From Eubacteriales bacterium (lineage in GTDB: Bacteria > Bacillota > Clostridia > Oscillospirales > CAG-272): DNA of 64,000 bases. This document shows positions 24,429 to 34,415 of this stretch, one piece after another. The notes below the pieces were generated by a model. The model saw only the letters and a list, made by a program, of their open reading frames with translations. It ran no database searches and was not told where the DNA came from. The stretch is taken from the NCBI GenBank assembly GCA_045132775.1, contig JBGUSX010000156.1, positions 3,062-67,061 on the forward strand. Direction: 5' to 3'. Numbering within the stretch: position 1 is the first letter of the stretch; every line of letters begins with the position of its first letter. Position numbers and translations under genes: made by a program.

Positions 24429-26678
24429 TTATTCCATTTTTGACATTTCTCTTTGAGCCATTACTAGCCCGTAGTAGATGCCTTTTTTCTCGATGAGTTC
24501 ATCGTGGGTGCCCACCTCGGCGACCTTGCCTTTATCAAGCACGACAAGTCGCGTTGCGTTTCTCAGTGTTGAGAGTCTGTGCGCGATCGCTATTGTCGTT
24601 CTGTTCTTTGACAGATTCTTGAGAGCATCCTGTATCTGCTTTTCAGTCTCTGTATCAAGAGACGCGGTGGCTTCGTCGAGGATCAGGATCTTCGGATCGT
24701 GAAGCAGTGCGCGTGCGATGGCTATTCTCTGTCTTTCACCGCCCGAGAGAGTATATCCCTTCTCTCCGACCTTTGTATCATATCCGTCGGATAGCTTGAT
24801 GATGAATTCGTGGCATCCAGCAAGCTTTGATACCGCGATCACCTCTTCCCTTGTTGCACTCGGCTTTGCGTAAGCGATGTTCTGATATACCGTTCCTGCA
24901 AAAAGGAAGGTCTCCTGGAGCACCACTCCCATCTGCGAGCGCAATGCTTCCTGCGATATCTCGCGGATATCAACTCCGTCGATCAGAATACTTCCCTCCT
25001 CGACGTCGTACATTCTCATAATAAGATTTATCAGCGTGGATTTTCCGACACCCGATTTACCTACAAGTCCGATGAATTCACCTGACTTTATATGAATATC
25101 TACGTGACTGAGCACCTCGTCGCCGCTTTCATATCCGAAGGAAACGTTGTTTATATCAACATCGCCCTTTATGATGGGCTTTACCGCATTTTCAAGGTCT
25201 GCAACCTCTTCTTCCTCGTCGATTATCTCAAATATCTTCGCGGTAGAGGTTATGAAGTTTATTATCTGTCTTGGCATATTCGAAAGGATACGCAAAGGTC
25301 CGTATATCATCGATGCGTACATCGAATATTTTGACATCTCTCCTAAGGTCATATCTCCGTCGAGTATTCCGTTTCCGACGTAAAACAGTATAATGAATTC
25401 GCCAAAGCACATCAAAAACTGCATTACGGGCATAAGAGTATACCAAAGCGTGTCGGATTTTATCTGCATATCGCGCTCATCTGCCGCCGCCTTTTCGTAT
25501 CTTTCGGTCTCTCTGTGCTCCATACCGAAGGCTTTTACTACTCTGATTCCCGAGAAGATATCGTGAAGTATTGAGTTTGATTTGCTTCCAAGTCGCCAGC
25601 TTTGTCTGAATAGTCTATGCGCTTTTTTCCAAAACAGGCTGAAGCCAACGACAATAAGCGGCACCGGGAGGAGTATCAGCAGAAACAACAGACTGACACC
25701 CGACGATATGAAAACGACTCCTATAGCAATAAACAGAATTGCCTGCTCCAAAAGTGACGGGAGGTAATGAACGAGAAATCTCTGAACCTCGCCTACGTCG
25801 TGCGACACGCGGCGCATAAGCTCGCCTGCGGTTCTTTTTGATATCTTCGCAATTGAGAGCTTTTGTATCTTCGCAAATAACATATTACGCAGGTCAACTA
25901 TAAGTCCGTTGCTCGCGTTTATAAGAAGATGCGATCTAAACATTGACACTGCACGGATGAGCACCTGCACAAGCAACATTGATAGGATTACCCAAATATA
26001 ACTTATCGGGGACACACCTTCGGGATCTGCGGAATTGATATAGTCATCTGTGACGATTCTGTTTATCTCGGGGAGGATAAGGTTCATTGCGCTTACGATG
26101 AAAAAGAAGATCACCGAGAAAACTATCAAAAGCTTATAAGGCTTTACCATTCCCCACAAGCGTTTTAACGTTGAAAGCTTATTTGTGCAATGAACGCATA
26201 CACCGCGGCGCATCGCTCTGCCGCATTTTGGACATTTTCCGCTCTCGCCCTCGTCTTTCTTTTTTCTTGATGGGTCATTTTCAGGATCGTAATCAGCAAA
26301 CCCCACGCTTGCGGCTATGCGGTTAAATCTTTTTGATGCGGATATTGCCTTTTTGCCGACCGACATATCCATTCTGCAGAGAAAATGAGGTGCATTATCT
26401 CCTTTCAGACTATACGCCACAGAGCAGCTTCCGACACCGTTTTCTGCTTTTATAGATTCGATCTCGGCAATCTGTATTCTGTCGGTTACAGCACCGTCGC
26501 GGATAATTATCAGCTCTTCTCTGCTTGCAACGACAAATCCCTTGCATCGTCCTTCGGGCTCGGTAGGGTGCAGATTATATGCAAAATGTAAAATGATATT
26601 CTCGCGCGAAAGCTCGGGACATATCTTCAGTATTTTGTCAATTTGTGATACCTTTTCGGTCTTTTTCTTTTTTCTCAT
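24429..26678 (-). CDS. ABC exporter, fused permease/ATPase, with an N-terminal zinc-ribbon extension
   Basis: 749 aa. ~170-aa N-terminal extension ending in 'CPKCGRAMRRGVCVHC'. Six-TM type-I exporter domain. Walker A 'GKSGVGKST', signature 'LSGGERQR', Walker B 'ILILDEATAS'. Confidence 0.9.
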   Translation of the reverse strand: MRKKKKTEKVSQIDKILKICPELSRENIILHFAYNLHPTEPEGRCKGFVVASREELIIIRDGAVTDRIQIAEIESIKAENGVGSCSVAYSLKGDNAPHFLCRMDMSVGKKAISASKRFNRIAASVGFADYDPENDPSRKKKDEGESGKCPKCGRAMRRGVCVHCTNKLSTLKRLWGMVKPYKLLIVFSVIFFFIVSAMNLILPEINRIVTDDYINSADPEGVSPISYIWVILSMLLVQVLIRAVSMFRSHLLINASNGLIVDLRNMLFAKIQKLSIAKISKRTAGELMRRVSHDVGEVQRFLVHYLPSLLEQAILFIAIGVVFISSGVSLLFLLILLPVPLIVVGFSLFWKKAHRLFRQSWRLGSKSNSILHDIFSGIRVVKAFGMEHRETERYEKAAADERDMQIKSDTLWYTLMPVMQFLMCFGEFIILFYVGNGILDGDMTLGEMSKYSMYASMIYGPLRILSNMPRQIINFITSTAKIFEIIDEEEEVADLENAVKPIIKGDVDINNVSFGYESGDEVLSHVDIHIKSGEFIGLVGKSGVGKSTLINLIMRMYDVEEGSILIDGVDIREISQEALRSQMGVVLQETFLFAGTVYQNIAYAKPSATREEVIAVSKLAGCHEFIIKLSDGYDTKVGEKGYTLSGGERQRIAIARALLHDPKILILDEATASLDTETEKQIQDALKNLSKNRTTIAIAHRLSTLRNATRLVVLDKGKVAEVGTHDELIEKKGIYYGLVMAQREMSKME

Positions 26679-26713
26679 CCTGCACCCTCCTTTCCGAAAG
26701 AATGTGTATAAAA

Positions 26714-27241
26714 TTAAAGGTAAAGCTCTATTTTGCGATAGCTCTTTGAGCTTAACGCGGATATGCTGTTAACGGTAAACCTATTACTGTCAACATCAAC
26801 GAGAACAATACTGTCCTCTCCTGTGTGAATAATATTTTTGAAGGTATCCTGCATGGTAAAGCTCAATTCTCTGCCGTCCTCAAGCGAGACCTTCCAATAC
26901 GAGAAGCCGTATCTTTCTTTGACGCTTTTGATCTCTTTGATAACGGGAGAATAGTATTTTTTAGCTATTTCAGTACGCAAAAGCGCCTGTGCGGCTTCGT
27001 CGAAGTCGGAAATGTCATAGATAATTCCTACTTCCTTCTTGTCTTCATTGAGCACAGAAATATACTGAAATTCAAGCTCGTGAGGAAATGCTCTGTGCAA
27101 AAAGATCCTGTCATAGATCTTTTCTTCGCTCTCTTCGGTAAGAATGAGAGTCAGAAAGCCGTTCTTTTCCTCAAAGCTCGCATTGTTTTTGTCAAGTCGC
27201 AGAATATGTGCAGACTTTTCGTTCATTATTTCATTTTCCAT
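26714..27241 (-). CDS. DUF1854-family protein (ABC-exporter-associated, function unknown)
   Basis: 175 aa, sandwiched between the two ABC genes. 'FLTLILTE...RIFLHRAFPH...ISV' resembles DUF1854 (recalled from memory, not searched). Confidence 0.6.
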   Translation of the reverse strand: MENEIMNEKSAHILRLDKNNASFEEKNGFLTLILTEESEEKIYDRIFLHRAFPHELEFQYISVLNEDKKEVGIIYDISDFDEAAQALLRTEIAKKYYSPVIKEIKSVKERYGFSYWKVSLEDGRELSFTMQDTFKNIIHTGEDSIVLVDVDSNRFTVNSISALSSKSYRKIELYL

Positions 27242-27254
27242 ATAAAAGCCTCCA

Positions 27255-29552
27255 TCATTCCACGATTCCCGCGTTTTTGAGTGCTTCTTCCTGCAAGGTG
27301 TAGAGCTTTTTATAAACTCCGTCCTCTATTTCGAGAAGCTCTCTGTGTGTTCCTCGCTCCGCAACCTTTCCGTGCTCTATTACGATCAGCTCGTCTGCGT
27401 CACGCAAGGTTGAGAGTCTGTGCGCTATCATTATTGTTGTTTTGTCTTTTGTCAGATCTGTTATCGCGTTTTGAATACGCTTTTCTGTCTCTGTATCCAT
27501 AGCGGCGGTTGCTTCGTCAAGTATCAGTATCTTTGGGTCGCGCAGGATCGCTCTGGCTATTGAAAGTCTCTGCTTTTCTCCTCCCGAAAGGTCCTTGAAT
27601 CCAAAGCCTATTTTGGTATGATACGCATCGGGCAGCTTGATAATAAAGTCATGAGCACCCGACAGCTTTGCCGCCTTGACTACTTCCTCAAAACTCGCAT
27701 CAGGCTTTGCATATCTGATATTATCAAGTATCGTTCCGATAAAGAAGAAGGTCTCCTGCGATACTATTGCGATATTCTCATACAAGGCTTTAAATGAAAG
27801 ATCCTTGACGTTGTATCCGTCAACGAATATCTCTCCCTCGTCACTGTCGTACAGACGCATAAGAAGGTTGACTATCGTGCTCTTTCCCGCACCTGTATGC
27901 CCAACGATTCCAAGAGTTTTCCCTGCTTTTACATCAAAGCTTACGTTATCGATAACCTTATGGTTTTTAACGTACGAAAACTCAACGTTCCGAAATTCCA
28001 CGTCGCCGTGTATCTCTTCGGGTGTGACTGCATTTTCTTTTTCCGTGATATCGGGCTCGGTGTCGTATATTTCAAACAATCTTTGGAGTGCGTTGGTGCT
28101 TGATGCAGACCAATCTATCATATCAGCAAAGAAGTACATCGGGCTGTATATCATATTTACGTATGCAACGAATTTGATAAGCTGACCGTAAGAAAAGTCA
28201 TTATATCCGGAAATTACCATCCATCCGCCAACGCCGAGTGCGATGATATTTCCAAGGTAAAGAATGAGTCCGAGCGAGGGATATACATAGTTATTGAACA
28301 CGGAAAGATTCTTCTGATATCTTGCTGCGCGTCTGCTTGTGCCCTCAAACCTTTCTGTCTCTGCGCGCTCGCGAGAGAATGCCTTTACCACTCTCATGCC
28401 CGTAAGGACGTCGGACAGCTGAGAATTGAGCTTTCTCGAGCCGGAATAATTTTTCGCGTGTAGCTTCATTTCCTTGCGGTAGCTCCTCAAAATTATGAGG
28501 AAGAAGAGCGGAACCGTGAATAGCGAGCAGAGTGCGAGTAAGGGGTTTTCAATAAATAGGAGCACACATATTACTATGACCTGTACGACGTTGATAAGAA
28601 AATACGGTACTCCGTCACAGAAGAAATAGTATATCGTATTTGAGTCATTGTTGACCTGTGTCATAAGTGCGCCCGTCTGACGTCCATTAAAGAATGATAA
28701 CGATAACTTTTCTATCGAGGTAAACACGGTCATTTTGAGGTCGTAAACTATCCTTGCGGCGATCTTTGCGGATATTCTTCCGTTAATAACTGTAAATATC
28801 TGTGATAAAACTCTTGTACCGACAATAAGAGCTATAACAAGCAAGAGCTCACCGAAAAAGCCTCCGTCCTCACGCAAAACTTCATCGTAGAAGAATTCGT
28901 TTGAAAAATACGGTATTAGAATACTCGCTCCCGTTAGCAAAAGGAGCGACATAAGCATCAATGCGATATATCCCTTGTATTTAACAAGGAACATGCCGAA
29001 ACGGCGGTAGAGCTTTCCCTTTTCCATACATTTCGGACATACCTTGCGGTCCTTGTCGGGATAACGCATTCCGCACTTTGGGCAACATCTTGATTCAGGC
29101 TTGTCGTCACCGTCGATCTCAAAATCCACGCTTATTATCTCGCCTTTTTTCATTCGCTCAAAGTATTTAATAAAGATGAGTACCGAGGAGCGACAGGTGT
29201 TTGTCATAGCGGTCAGAAACCTATAATCACCCGATTCAAGCTTTGCAGTAAGACGAGCACTTGATTGCATTTCTTCAAGCTTTAACGACTCAATATTCTG
29301 CACCGAATATTCGTCAAACGCGGTTTCGTTCCATACACGGTTTAACTGTTTTTTGTTCTGATCCGCACCGACAATGGCAACAGTACCTGAGATAACGTAT
29401 ATGCTCTCGGCGGTTGCAACTACGTAGGTATCGCAAAAAACGTGCTCGCGGTTCATGTCGCAATAGGTTGCCATCATTATTTTGTCTGTGTCCACGCCCT
29501 CTCGTCTGAGAGAATCATAAACGTGACCCGGTATTCTGTCCGTCAGAAGCAT
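27255..29552 (-). CDS. ABC exporter, fused permease/ATPase, with an N-terminal zinc-ribbon extension
   Basis: 765 aa. N-terminal extension with 'CCPKCGMRYPDKDRKVCPKC'. Walker A 'GHTGAGKST', signature 'LSGGEKQR', Walker B 'ILILDEATAA'. Confidence 0.9.
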   Translation of the reverse strand: MLLTDRIPGHVYDSLRREGVDTDKIMMATYCDMNREHVFCDTYVVATAESIYVISGTVAIVGADQNKKQLNRVWNETAFDEYSVQNIESLKLEEMQSSARLTAKLESGDYRFLTAMTNTCRSSVLIFIKYFERMKKGEIISVDFEIDGDDKPESRCCPKCGMRYPDKDRKVCPKCMEKGKLYRRFGMFLVKYKGYIALMLMSLLLLTGASILIPYFSNEFFYDEVLREDGGFFGELLLVIALIVGTRVLSQIFTVINGRISAKIAARIVYDLKMTVFTSIEKLSLSFFNGRQTGALMTQVNNDSNTIYYFFCDGVPYFLINVVQVIVICVLLFIENPLLALCSLFTVPLFFLIILRSYRKEMKLHAKNYSGSRKLNSQLSDVLTGMRVVKAFSRERAETERFEGTSRRAARYQKNLSVFNNYVYPSLGLILYLGNIIALGVGGWMVISGYNDFSYGQLIKFVAYVNMIYSPMYFFADMIDWSASSTNALQRLFEIYDTEPDITEKENAVTPEEIHGDVEFRNVEFSYVKNHKVIDNVSFDVKAGKTLGIVGHTGAGKSTIVNLLMRLYDSDEGEIFVDGYNVKDLSFKALYENIAIVSQETFFFIGTILDNIRYAKPDASFEEVVKAAKLSGAHDFIIKLPDAYHTKIGFGFKDLSGGEKQRLSIARAILRDPKILILDEATAAMDTETEKRIQNAITDLTKDKTTIMIAHRLSTLRDADELIVIEHGKVAERGTHRELLEIEDGVYKKLYTLQEEALKNAGIVE

Positions 29553-29660
29553 ATCGTCACCTCGCTTTCATTCAAAATCATTACAGATTTATTATAATCC
29601 TTTTGCCCCCTTTTGTCAATAAACTAAAAGTAGATAAAGAATAAATTTAGTCAATAAATA

Positions 29661-29689
29661 TTGAAAAAAGTTCCCGAATATGATATACT
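29661..29689 (+). promoter_or_regulatory. Sigma-A-type promoter of radA
   Basis: TTGAAA (29661-29666), 17-nt spacer, TGaTATACT (-10 at 29684-29689). Confidence 0.55.
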
Positions 29690-29718
29690 TAATTAAATTA
29701 AAGAAAAGGAGCCGAAAA

Positions 29719-31107
29719 ATGAAGGGCTTGAAAACTATATATATTTGTTCGAATTGCAGTTATCACTCTCCAAAATGGATGGGTAAGTGCCCCTCCTGCA
29801 ATCAATGGAATACGATGGTTGAGGACGTTATCAACACCTCACCAGAGGAGTCTGCCGCAAAAAGAAAGAGCCTTTCGGGCTCTCTTGGAATTGATAATCA
29901 CGCAATCTCATACGATGAGCTTGAGATACCCGATTACATACGCTCAAAGACCGGACTTGATGAGCTGGACCGTGTGCTAGGCGGCGGTCTTGTTCACGGC
30001 TCTGTCGTGCTTATCTCGGGCGAGCCCGGAATTGGTAAATCAACGCTTCTTATGCAGATATCCGAATGCCTTGGGGCAAACAAGCGCGTTCTCTATATCT
30101 CAGGCGAGGAATCGGGCGGACAGATCAAGCTTCGCGCAAAAAGGCTTGGAGTCTCAGGAAAAAACCTTTATATACTGACAGAGACGAATCTCGACAGCAT
30201 ACTCAAGGAAGCGGATAAGCTGAAGCCCGACATAATGATCGTGGACTCGATACAGACGATATACGATGAGATGATCAAAAGTGCGCCCGGAAGTATAACT
30301 CAGGTTCGTGAGTCCGCACTGACACTTATCAACAAAGCAAAATCTCACGGAATTTCGATGCTTCTTGTCGGTCACGTAAATAAGGAGGGTGGGATTGCAG
30401 GTCCAAAGGTGCTTGAGCACATGGTGGATGCGGTTCTCTGCTTTGAGGGCGAAAAGCTCCAATCCTACAGAATAATCAGAGCCAACAAAAACCGCTTCGG
30501 CTCAACGAACGAGATAGGCGTTTTCGAGATGACCGACAAGGGTCTTTTAGAGATCCCCAATCCTTCCGAAATGCTCCTTTCGGGTAGACCGAAAAACACT
30601 CCAGGCAACTGTGCCGTGTGCACTATCGAAGGTACGCGTCCGATAATTGCCGAGATTCAGGCTCTTGTTTCCCCCACCGCGTTTCCTTCTCCCAGACGTA
30701 CCGCAAACGGCATAGACTACAACAGACTATGCCTTATTATTGCGGTACTTGAAAAGAGGCTGGGATTGAAGTTCTACCAAAACGACGTATATATGAACGT
30801 AATCGGCGGTCTATATTTAAGTGAGCCTGCAAGCGATGCAGCGATCGCACTTGCGCTTATTTCATCACTTACCGACAAGTCGGTTCCCGATGATCTTATC
30901 GCCATAGGAGAGCTCGGTCTTTCGGGTGAGTGCCGCGCGGTTTCAAACCTAGAGCAAAGGGTCAAGGAGGCGGCAAGACTCGGATTTACAAAGGCTATCG
31001 TTCCCTTTAAAAACGTTGAAAAACGCAAAATCGATTCAAACATCAAGCTTATCCCTATTCATAGTATCTATGAGGCTCTCGGGGTACTTACATCTAACAA
31101 TAACTAA
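29719..31107 (+). CDS. radA: DNA repair protein RadA (Sms)
   Basis: Zinc finger 'YICSNCSYHSPKWMGKCPSCNQWNT', Walker A 'GEPGIGKST', 'KNRFG' motif, Lon-like C-terminal domain. Confidence 0.93.
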   Translation: MKGLKTIYICSNCSYHSPKWMGKCPSCNQWNTMVEDVINTSPEESAAKRKSLSGSLGIDNHAISYDELEIPDYIRSKTGLDELDRVLGGGLVHGSVVLISGEPGIGKSTLLMQISECLGANKRVLYISGEESGGQIKLRAKRLGVSGKNLYILTETNLDSILKEADKLKPDIMIVDSIQTIYDEMIKSAPGSITQVRESALTLINKAKSHGISMLLVGHVNKEGGIAGPKVLEHMVDAVLCFEGEKLQSYRIIRANKNRFGSTNEIGVFEMTDKGLLEIPNPSEMLLSGRPKNTPGNCAVCTIEGTRPIIAEIQALVSPTAFPSPRRTANGIDYNRLCLIIAVLEKRLGLKFYQNDVYMNVIGGLYLSEPASDAAIALALISSLTDKSVPDDLIAIGELGLSGECRAVSNLEQRVKEAARLGFTKAIVPFKNVEKRKIDSNIKLIPIHSIYEALGVLTSNNN

Positions 31108-31114
31108 TAGTAAA

Positions 31115-31156
31115 AGCTATCATATCGCGGGATTCGCGATATGATAGCTTTTTTTG
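31115..31156 (+). terminator. Intrinsic terminator after radA
   Basis: 15-bp perfect stem agctatcatatcgcg / cgcgatatgatagct, loop ggatt, then T7. Confidence 0.85.
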
Positions 31157-31176
31157 AAAAATTTGTTCTATTTTAT

Positions 31177-31205
31177 TTGACAAACGGTATTTTGTGTGCT
31201 ATAAT
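31177..31205 (+). promoter_or_regulatory. Consensus sigma-A promoter of the TerB/ATPase/helicase operon
   Basis: TTGACA (31177-31182), 17-nt spacer, TGcTATAAT (-10 at 31200-31205). Confidence 0.7.
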
Positions 31206-31246
31206 AATATATTACAGAACTTTACACAAAAAGGAGGGATTTTCAC

Positions 31247-32965
31247 TTGTCAAACGGTAGCAAAAACGACGGCTTTTGGGATCTTGGTGATTATAGAGGT
31301 ATCAGAAACCGTATCACCGAGCAAAGCCGCAGGTCATTCTCAACCGATCGAACCTCTGCAGTGGAGATTGGCGATGAAAAATTGGCTGATGCAAACAAAA
31401 TTGATCTGTCAGAGACAGTTATTACAAAGTTTGTCCCTCCGCACAGCGACAGAAATCTCTCAAAAAGGCACGTATTATTCGAATATGAGCCTCAAAATCC
31501 GCTGATAAAAAGCGTAACCGTTTATTCAGAAAAAGAAAATGACGAGGTTTTCGTGCACGATAATCTGTTTATAAGAGAAAGACGCGCCCTTCTTGACAGA
31601 AGTACGACATTCAAAGAGCCGGTTCCCTTTTATTCGTATGCACCGAGATATTCACAGCTAAACAAGGCACAGTTAAATTGGTACGTCTGGTGGAGACAGA
31701 ATGCGAGAAACGGCAACTTTATCAAGACTGATGAATCATACGTTATGCTTTACGCCTACGAGCTTGCCGCTATGGGTGAGGGAGAGGACAAGGATGCGGC
31801 ACTTTCGATGCTTTGTTCTCTCTTAACAAGGTTTGGTTCCAAAGACCTTGGGATCGTATATAAGATCATGATACGCGATCTTATCTGCGATTTTTGTCTT
31901 ATCCACGCGCTCCGCGCCCCTACGGAAAAGCTTAATGGGATTGAAAAACAAGTATTGTTTGGCTCATTTCTTCCCGAGCTTTTGATAGATCTTTCTTCGG
32001 ACAGACAGGCTTGCTCAGATGCCGTCTCTTCCCTTTCTCTTTACGATTACAGACGAAGCAAATGCTATAACGAAGCTACGGCTGAAACCTTTAAAAAAGG
32101 TATTGACGGCGCGATAAGTGCTGTTCTCAACAATAATGATGCCTTTGACTCAATAACGTCATTTACCCACGGAGTGTATAGCGGAGTCACCGTTGAAAGA
32201 CATCCGTTCACACGTATGGTCAATATCGTAAATAAGAATATTAAAATTGAGATAGTTTACTACGAAATAGCAAATCTAAAGACCGCAATTACCGATATTG
32301 TCAGGTACTCCGAAAATAAGGTTCGTGAGCATCTCGGAATAAGAAATCGGATCCACGTCCTTACGGTGAATCCTCAGGCTCGCACCGCGATCGACACCTT
32401 CTTCGAGCAAAATCTCCCTGCCCGTCAGTTTGTTGACAGGAGAAGGCGCGACGCTAAGGTGGATGAGAATCAGCCTCACGAATATGATGTACTCTATGAT
32501 GTGCCAAAGGTTGCTATCTCACCCGAACGAGCATTGGAAATCGAACGGGAATCATGGGATACGACTAAAAAATTAACTGAGGCATTCTCAGATTCCGACT
32601 CTTTTACCGACATCGGTACAGATAAATCTGCACATATCGATATGAACGATTCGACAACAGAGAGAACACCGAAATTGGTAGATGTTGAGGAAAGCATACC
32701 CGAACACGTTGCACCTCCATCCGATGAGCAAGGCGTTTATGCGGGTCTTCGTGAAAAGCTTGGTAATATCAGCGAATTTGTCGCTCTTTGCCGTGTGCCC
32801 TCTCTTTTGCAGCAAAGAAAGTTTGCCTCCACACACGGAACGACGGTTGAAGAGCTTGCAGACAAAATTAACGAGGTCGCTGTTGAGATTTTCGGTGACA
32901 TAATACTTGAGGACAGCGGACAAGGATATGCAATAATTGAAGATTATCTTTTCCTCTTCAACTGA
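31247..32965 (+). CDS. sngA: TerB-N / TerB-C domain protein (Shango SngA-like)
   Basis: 572 aa. TTG start 9 nt after AGGAGG. TerB-N-like 'FYSYAPRYSQLNKAQLNWYVWWRQNARNGNF..YVMLYAYELA'. TerB-C-like tail 'LADKINEVAVEIFGDIILEDSGQGYAIIEDYLFLF'. Confidence 0.7.
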   Translation: MSNGSKNDGFWDLGDYRGIRNRITEQSRRSFSTDRTSAVEIGDEKLADANKIDLSETVITKFVPPHSDRNLSKRHVLFEYEPQNPLIKSVTVYSEKENDEVFVHDNLFIRERRALLDRSTTFKEPVPFYSYAPRYSQLNKAQLNWYVWWRQNARNGNFIKTDESYVMLYAYELAAMGEGEDKDAALSMLCSLLTRFGSKDLGIVYKIMIRDLICDFCLIHALRAPTEKLNGIEKQVLFGSFLPELLIDLSSDRQACSDAVSSLSLYDYRRSKCYNEATAETFKKGIDGAISAVLNNNDAFDSITSFTHGVYSGVTVERHPFTRMVNIVNKNIKIEIVYYEIANLKTAITDIVRYSENKVREHLGIRNRIHVLTVNPQARTAIDTFFEQNLPARQFVDRRRRDAKVDENQPHEYDVLYDVPKVAISPERALEIERESWDTTKKLTEAFSDSDSFTDIGTDKSAHIDMNDSTTERTPKLVDVEESIPEHVAPPSDEQGVYAGLREKLGNISEFVALCRVPSLLQQRKFASTHGTTVEELADKINEVAVEIFGDIILEDSGQGYAIIEDYLFLFN

Positions 32966-32994
32966 TTTATAAACTTAATAAAGGATTTTAGTAT

Positions 32995-34374
32995 ATGGAA
33001 AACAGAAATAATACACCGCAGGTGCCGAGAAGAATACTTGCTTCACTTTTGTCGAGCGTTTCGGCGGGAGTAGTACCGAGGGCCGGTGCGCCATACATCG
33101 CAATAGGCAGAAAAGACGAGATCAGTGCATTTCTCTCCGATCTTGAAGAAATAAACGAGGGCGGAGGCGCAATGCGCTTCCTTATAGGTCGTTATGGAAG
33201 CGGTAAGAGCTTTCTTATTCAACTCGTTCGCGGTTATGCGCTTGAACGTGATTTTTTGACCGCGGATTGCGATCTTTCACCCGAAAGGCGTCTTTGCGGA
33301 AGCGGTCACGGTGGAATATCGACATATCGCGAGCTTATGAAAAATCTTGCCTCAAAATCCTCGCCCGACGGAGGCGCACTGTCCAAGATCATACTTCGCT
33401 GGACGGGTAAGCTCCGCAACGAGCTTATTGAAAGCGGAATATCTCCCGATTCCGCAGAGCTCACAAGACAGCTTGGTCGCAAGGTACACGCAGAGCTTGA
33501 CGATCTCGAATTTATGGTCGGCGGCTTTGATTTTGCACGAGTTGTTTTTGAGTTTTACACTGCAAGCATTTCCGACAGTGAGGACGCGAACGCAAAAATG
33601 AGTGCGTGTCTGCGTTGGTTACGCGGAGAATTCGCAACCAAAACCGAGGCGAAGAATGCGCTTGGATTCCCTGTTTCAGTGATAATTGATGACGATAACT
33701 GGTACGATTTTATAAAGCTTTGGGCGGCTCTTTCAAGGAAGATCGGCTACAGAGGTCTTGTTGTGTTTATTGATGAGTGTGTGAATCTTTACAAGATCCC
33801 AAACCGCATAAGCCGTGAAAACAACTATGAAAAGATCCTTTCGATGTTCAACGATACGCTCCAAGGACGCGCGCCAGGACTTGACATAATATTCGGCGGA
33901 ACTCCTCAATTCTTGGAGGATACTCGCAGAGGACTGTTCAGCTACGAGGCTCTTCGCTCGCGCCTATGCGACAGTCGTTTTGCTCTTGACGGATTTAAAA
34001 ACCTCATCGGCCCCGTTATTCGTTTGCGCCGCCTCACCGACGATGAGCTTTTCGCGCTCATTCAGCGCATAACTGCACTTTACTCACAGTATTACAACTG
34101 GGAATGCACCGTTACAAATGAGGACAGGCTTAAGTTTTTGAATATCTGTCTTTCCCGCGCGGGTGCCGACAGCATGATCACTCCCCGAGAGATGCTCCGT
34201 GACTATATGACGGTGCTCAATATTCTGATGCAGAATCCAGAGGCAAGCTTTGATGACGTTGTCGGAAGTCACGTTACTCTCAAAACTGAACAAAAGGACG
34301 AGGAGATTCCCGAGGAAAACACGGATATTCCCTCACAGAAAAACAAATTCACGGCAAACGATATAGAATTTTAA
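32995..34374 (+). CDS. sngB: DUF2791 / BrxD-like P-loop ATPase (Shango SngB-like)
   Basis: 459 aa. 'IAIGRKDEISAFLSDLEEINEGGGAMRFLIGRYGSGKSFLIQLVRGYALERDFLTADCDLSPERRL' and Walker B-like 'LVVFIDEC'. Confidence 0.7.
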   Translation: MENRNNTPQVPRRILASLLSSVSAGVVPRAGAPYIAIGRKDEISAFLSDLEEINEGGGAMRFLIGRYGSGKSFLIQLVRGYALERDFLTADCDLSPERRLCGSGHGGISTYRELMKNLASKSSPDGGALSKIILRWTGKLRNELIESGISPDSAELTRQLGRKVHAELDDLEFMVGGFDFARVVFEFYTASISDSEDANAKMSACLRWLRGEFATKTEAKNALGFPVSVIIDDDNWYDFIKLWAALSRKIGYRGLVVFIDECVNLYKIPNRISRENNYEKILSMFNDTLQGRAPGLDIIFGGTPQFLEDTRRGLFSYEALRSRLCDSRFALDGFKNLIGPVIRLRRLTDDELFALIQRITALYSQYYNWECTVTNEDRLKFLNICLSRAGADSMITPREMLRDYMTVLNILMQNPEASFDDVVGSHVTLKTEQKDEEIPEENTDIPSQKNKFTANDIEF

Positions 34375-34415
34375 TCTAATTTACCGGATAAAACTAAAAA
34401 ATGCAGGAGGCAGAA

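Noticed and set aside
31194-31505. 103-aa ORF overlapping the 5' end of the TerB-like gene
   Set aside because: It starts inside the -10 region of the operon promoter and has no RBS. It overlaps the much longer ORF at 31247-32965, which has an AGGAGG RBS.
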